NCBI GenBank assembly: GCA_964551725.1
Contig: CAZKED010000005.1
Span: 1 to 57,940 of the forward strand
Length of the DNA: 57,940 nucleotides
From: an uncultured archaeon
GTDB lineage: Archaea > Iainarchaeota > Iainarchaeia > Iainarchaeales > DTGL01
Reading direction: 5' to 3'
Shown: positions 57,047 through 57,940 of the stretch, piece by piece
How positions within the stretch are numbered: the first letter of the stretch is position 1
Layout of the letters: each line of letters starts with the position of its first letter
Made by a program: the position numbers and the translations under genes
Notes under the pieces: model-generated
What the model saw: only the letters and a program-made list of their open reading frames with translations
Databases searched by the model: none
What the model was told of the DNA's origin: nothing

Positions 57047-57940
57047 TTCCTCAAATCATACAATTTTATGCCATTTTTTTCCATTACCACCGGCTTGTCC
57101 AGCGTGGAGCAGTCTGAAAGGAAATAATCAACAAACACTTTCCTGTTTGGGTCGTTGGGGTCTTCCATGGAGTAATCGCCTGCATTTATTGAACCGAACC
57201 ACAGGACCCTGTTGCCTTCCTTGTCAAATATGTCCGCGCCGGGAATTTCATCCGTGAACTTGTGCACCGCCCAAGGGAAGTGGAAAATTCTTCCCGCTTC
57301 CATGTAACGGCAGTAATTTTTTTCCTGTTGCGGGTCAGGGTTGTCGTAAAGGGAATTGTAGGGAAAACTGTACTTGTTTACTCCTGCCGGAACATCCAAA
57401 AAGCAATTGTCGATTCCAAGAGTGAAAGGTCCTTCCATCTGGTTTATTTTTTCCCCTATTTCGTAGAATCCCACAGGAAAGGAACGCGCTTGGCTGACCA
57501 CCAAAGCGAAGCCCGCAAAGTAAAGAAGGTGAAAGGCGAGGATTAAAACGATTGCCGTTTTTACAATTCTCTTCTTTTTTTTGCCTTTTTTTCCAAGCAA
57601 TTTTTTTAACCCGTAAGCGGAAAAAATGCTTGCAGGGATAAACATTAAAAAGGCAATTTTTGCCGGCATGTACAACTGGTGGATTGAAGCAATCGGGCTC
57701 CACCTCATGATAAAATTTAATACAACGCAGCCCGTGAGAAATCCAATGAATAGAAACCCTGCAAAAACCCAATTGGCAAGTTCTTCCATTTTTTTCTCTT
57801 TTATTGCAGCGAAAAAGCCGAGTATTGCCGGGTAAAATGCGAACAGTGCAATTAAATTTGGCACCGTTATGCCCCCCTTTATTAGAAACTTGTTTGCTTT
57901 CGGCATTATTTTGAAGAGGAAAAGCCCGAGCGTTTCAGGC
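57037..57940 (-). CDS. Multi-pass membrane protein, 5' end beyond window (possibly a GT-C-type transferase)
   Basis: Frame stays open past ATG 57906 to the window edge (PETLGLFLF...); TM helices followed by a soluble C-terminal domain. Confidence 0.75.
   Translation of the reverse strand, partial: PETLGLFLFKIMPKANKFLIKGGITVPNLIALFAFYPAILGFFAAIKEKKMEELANWVFAGFLFIGFLTGCVVLNFIMRWSPIASIHQLYMPAKIAFLMFIPASIFSAYGLKKLLGKKGKKKKRIVKTAIVLILAFHLLYFAGFALVVSQARSFPVGFYEIGEKINQMEGPFTLGIDNCFLDVPAGVNKYSFPYNSLYDNPDPQQEKNYCRYMEAGRIFHFPWAVHKFTDEIPGADIFDKEGNRVLWFGSINAGDYSMEDPNDPNRKVFVDYFLSDCSTLDKPVVMEKNGIKLYDLRNHK

Overview
Gene-dense archaeal window, most likely from a DPANN genome. Iainarchaeota/Diapherotrites-like is an inference from gene content and was not tested. 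Left to right it contains: (1) a >1113-aa secreted subtilisin-like protein that runs off the left edge, is missing from the ORF track, and has lost its catalytic Asp and Ser; (2) proS, a 1342-aa Cys-rich surface protein, two tRNA-Pro genes and a tRNA-Lys(CTT) split by two BHB introns; (3) DNA ligase, dph6 and gatD; (4) a ~3-kb AT-richer island in which two different toxin-antitoxin operons are each bracketed by copies of a 76-bp quasi-palindromic direct repeat, a cassette-array-like layout with no recombinase in view; (5) a pyrB-I-C-E-F operon, a LOG-family gene, an M20 peptidase and AMP phosphorylase; (6) an AT-rich orphan gene pair, then ksgA-DUF655-rpoF-rpl21e, a TBP with a Lys-rich tail, a lone 5S rRNA, a CaCA antiporter and ArsR-iscS-iscU; (7) a ~25-kb surface-glycosylation locus with aglB (WWSYG instead of WWDYG), alg7/aglH-alg14-alg13, rmlCBDA, many GT2/GT4 enzymes, methyltransferases, a B12-radical SAM enzyme, two Thr-nucleophile sulfatase-like proteins and a flippase-like protein. 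No CRISPR array, transposase or integrase is recognisable. All protein assignments come from motifs read by eye; no database search was run.
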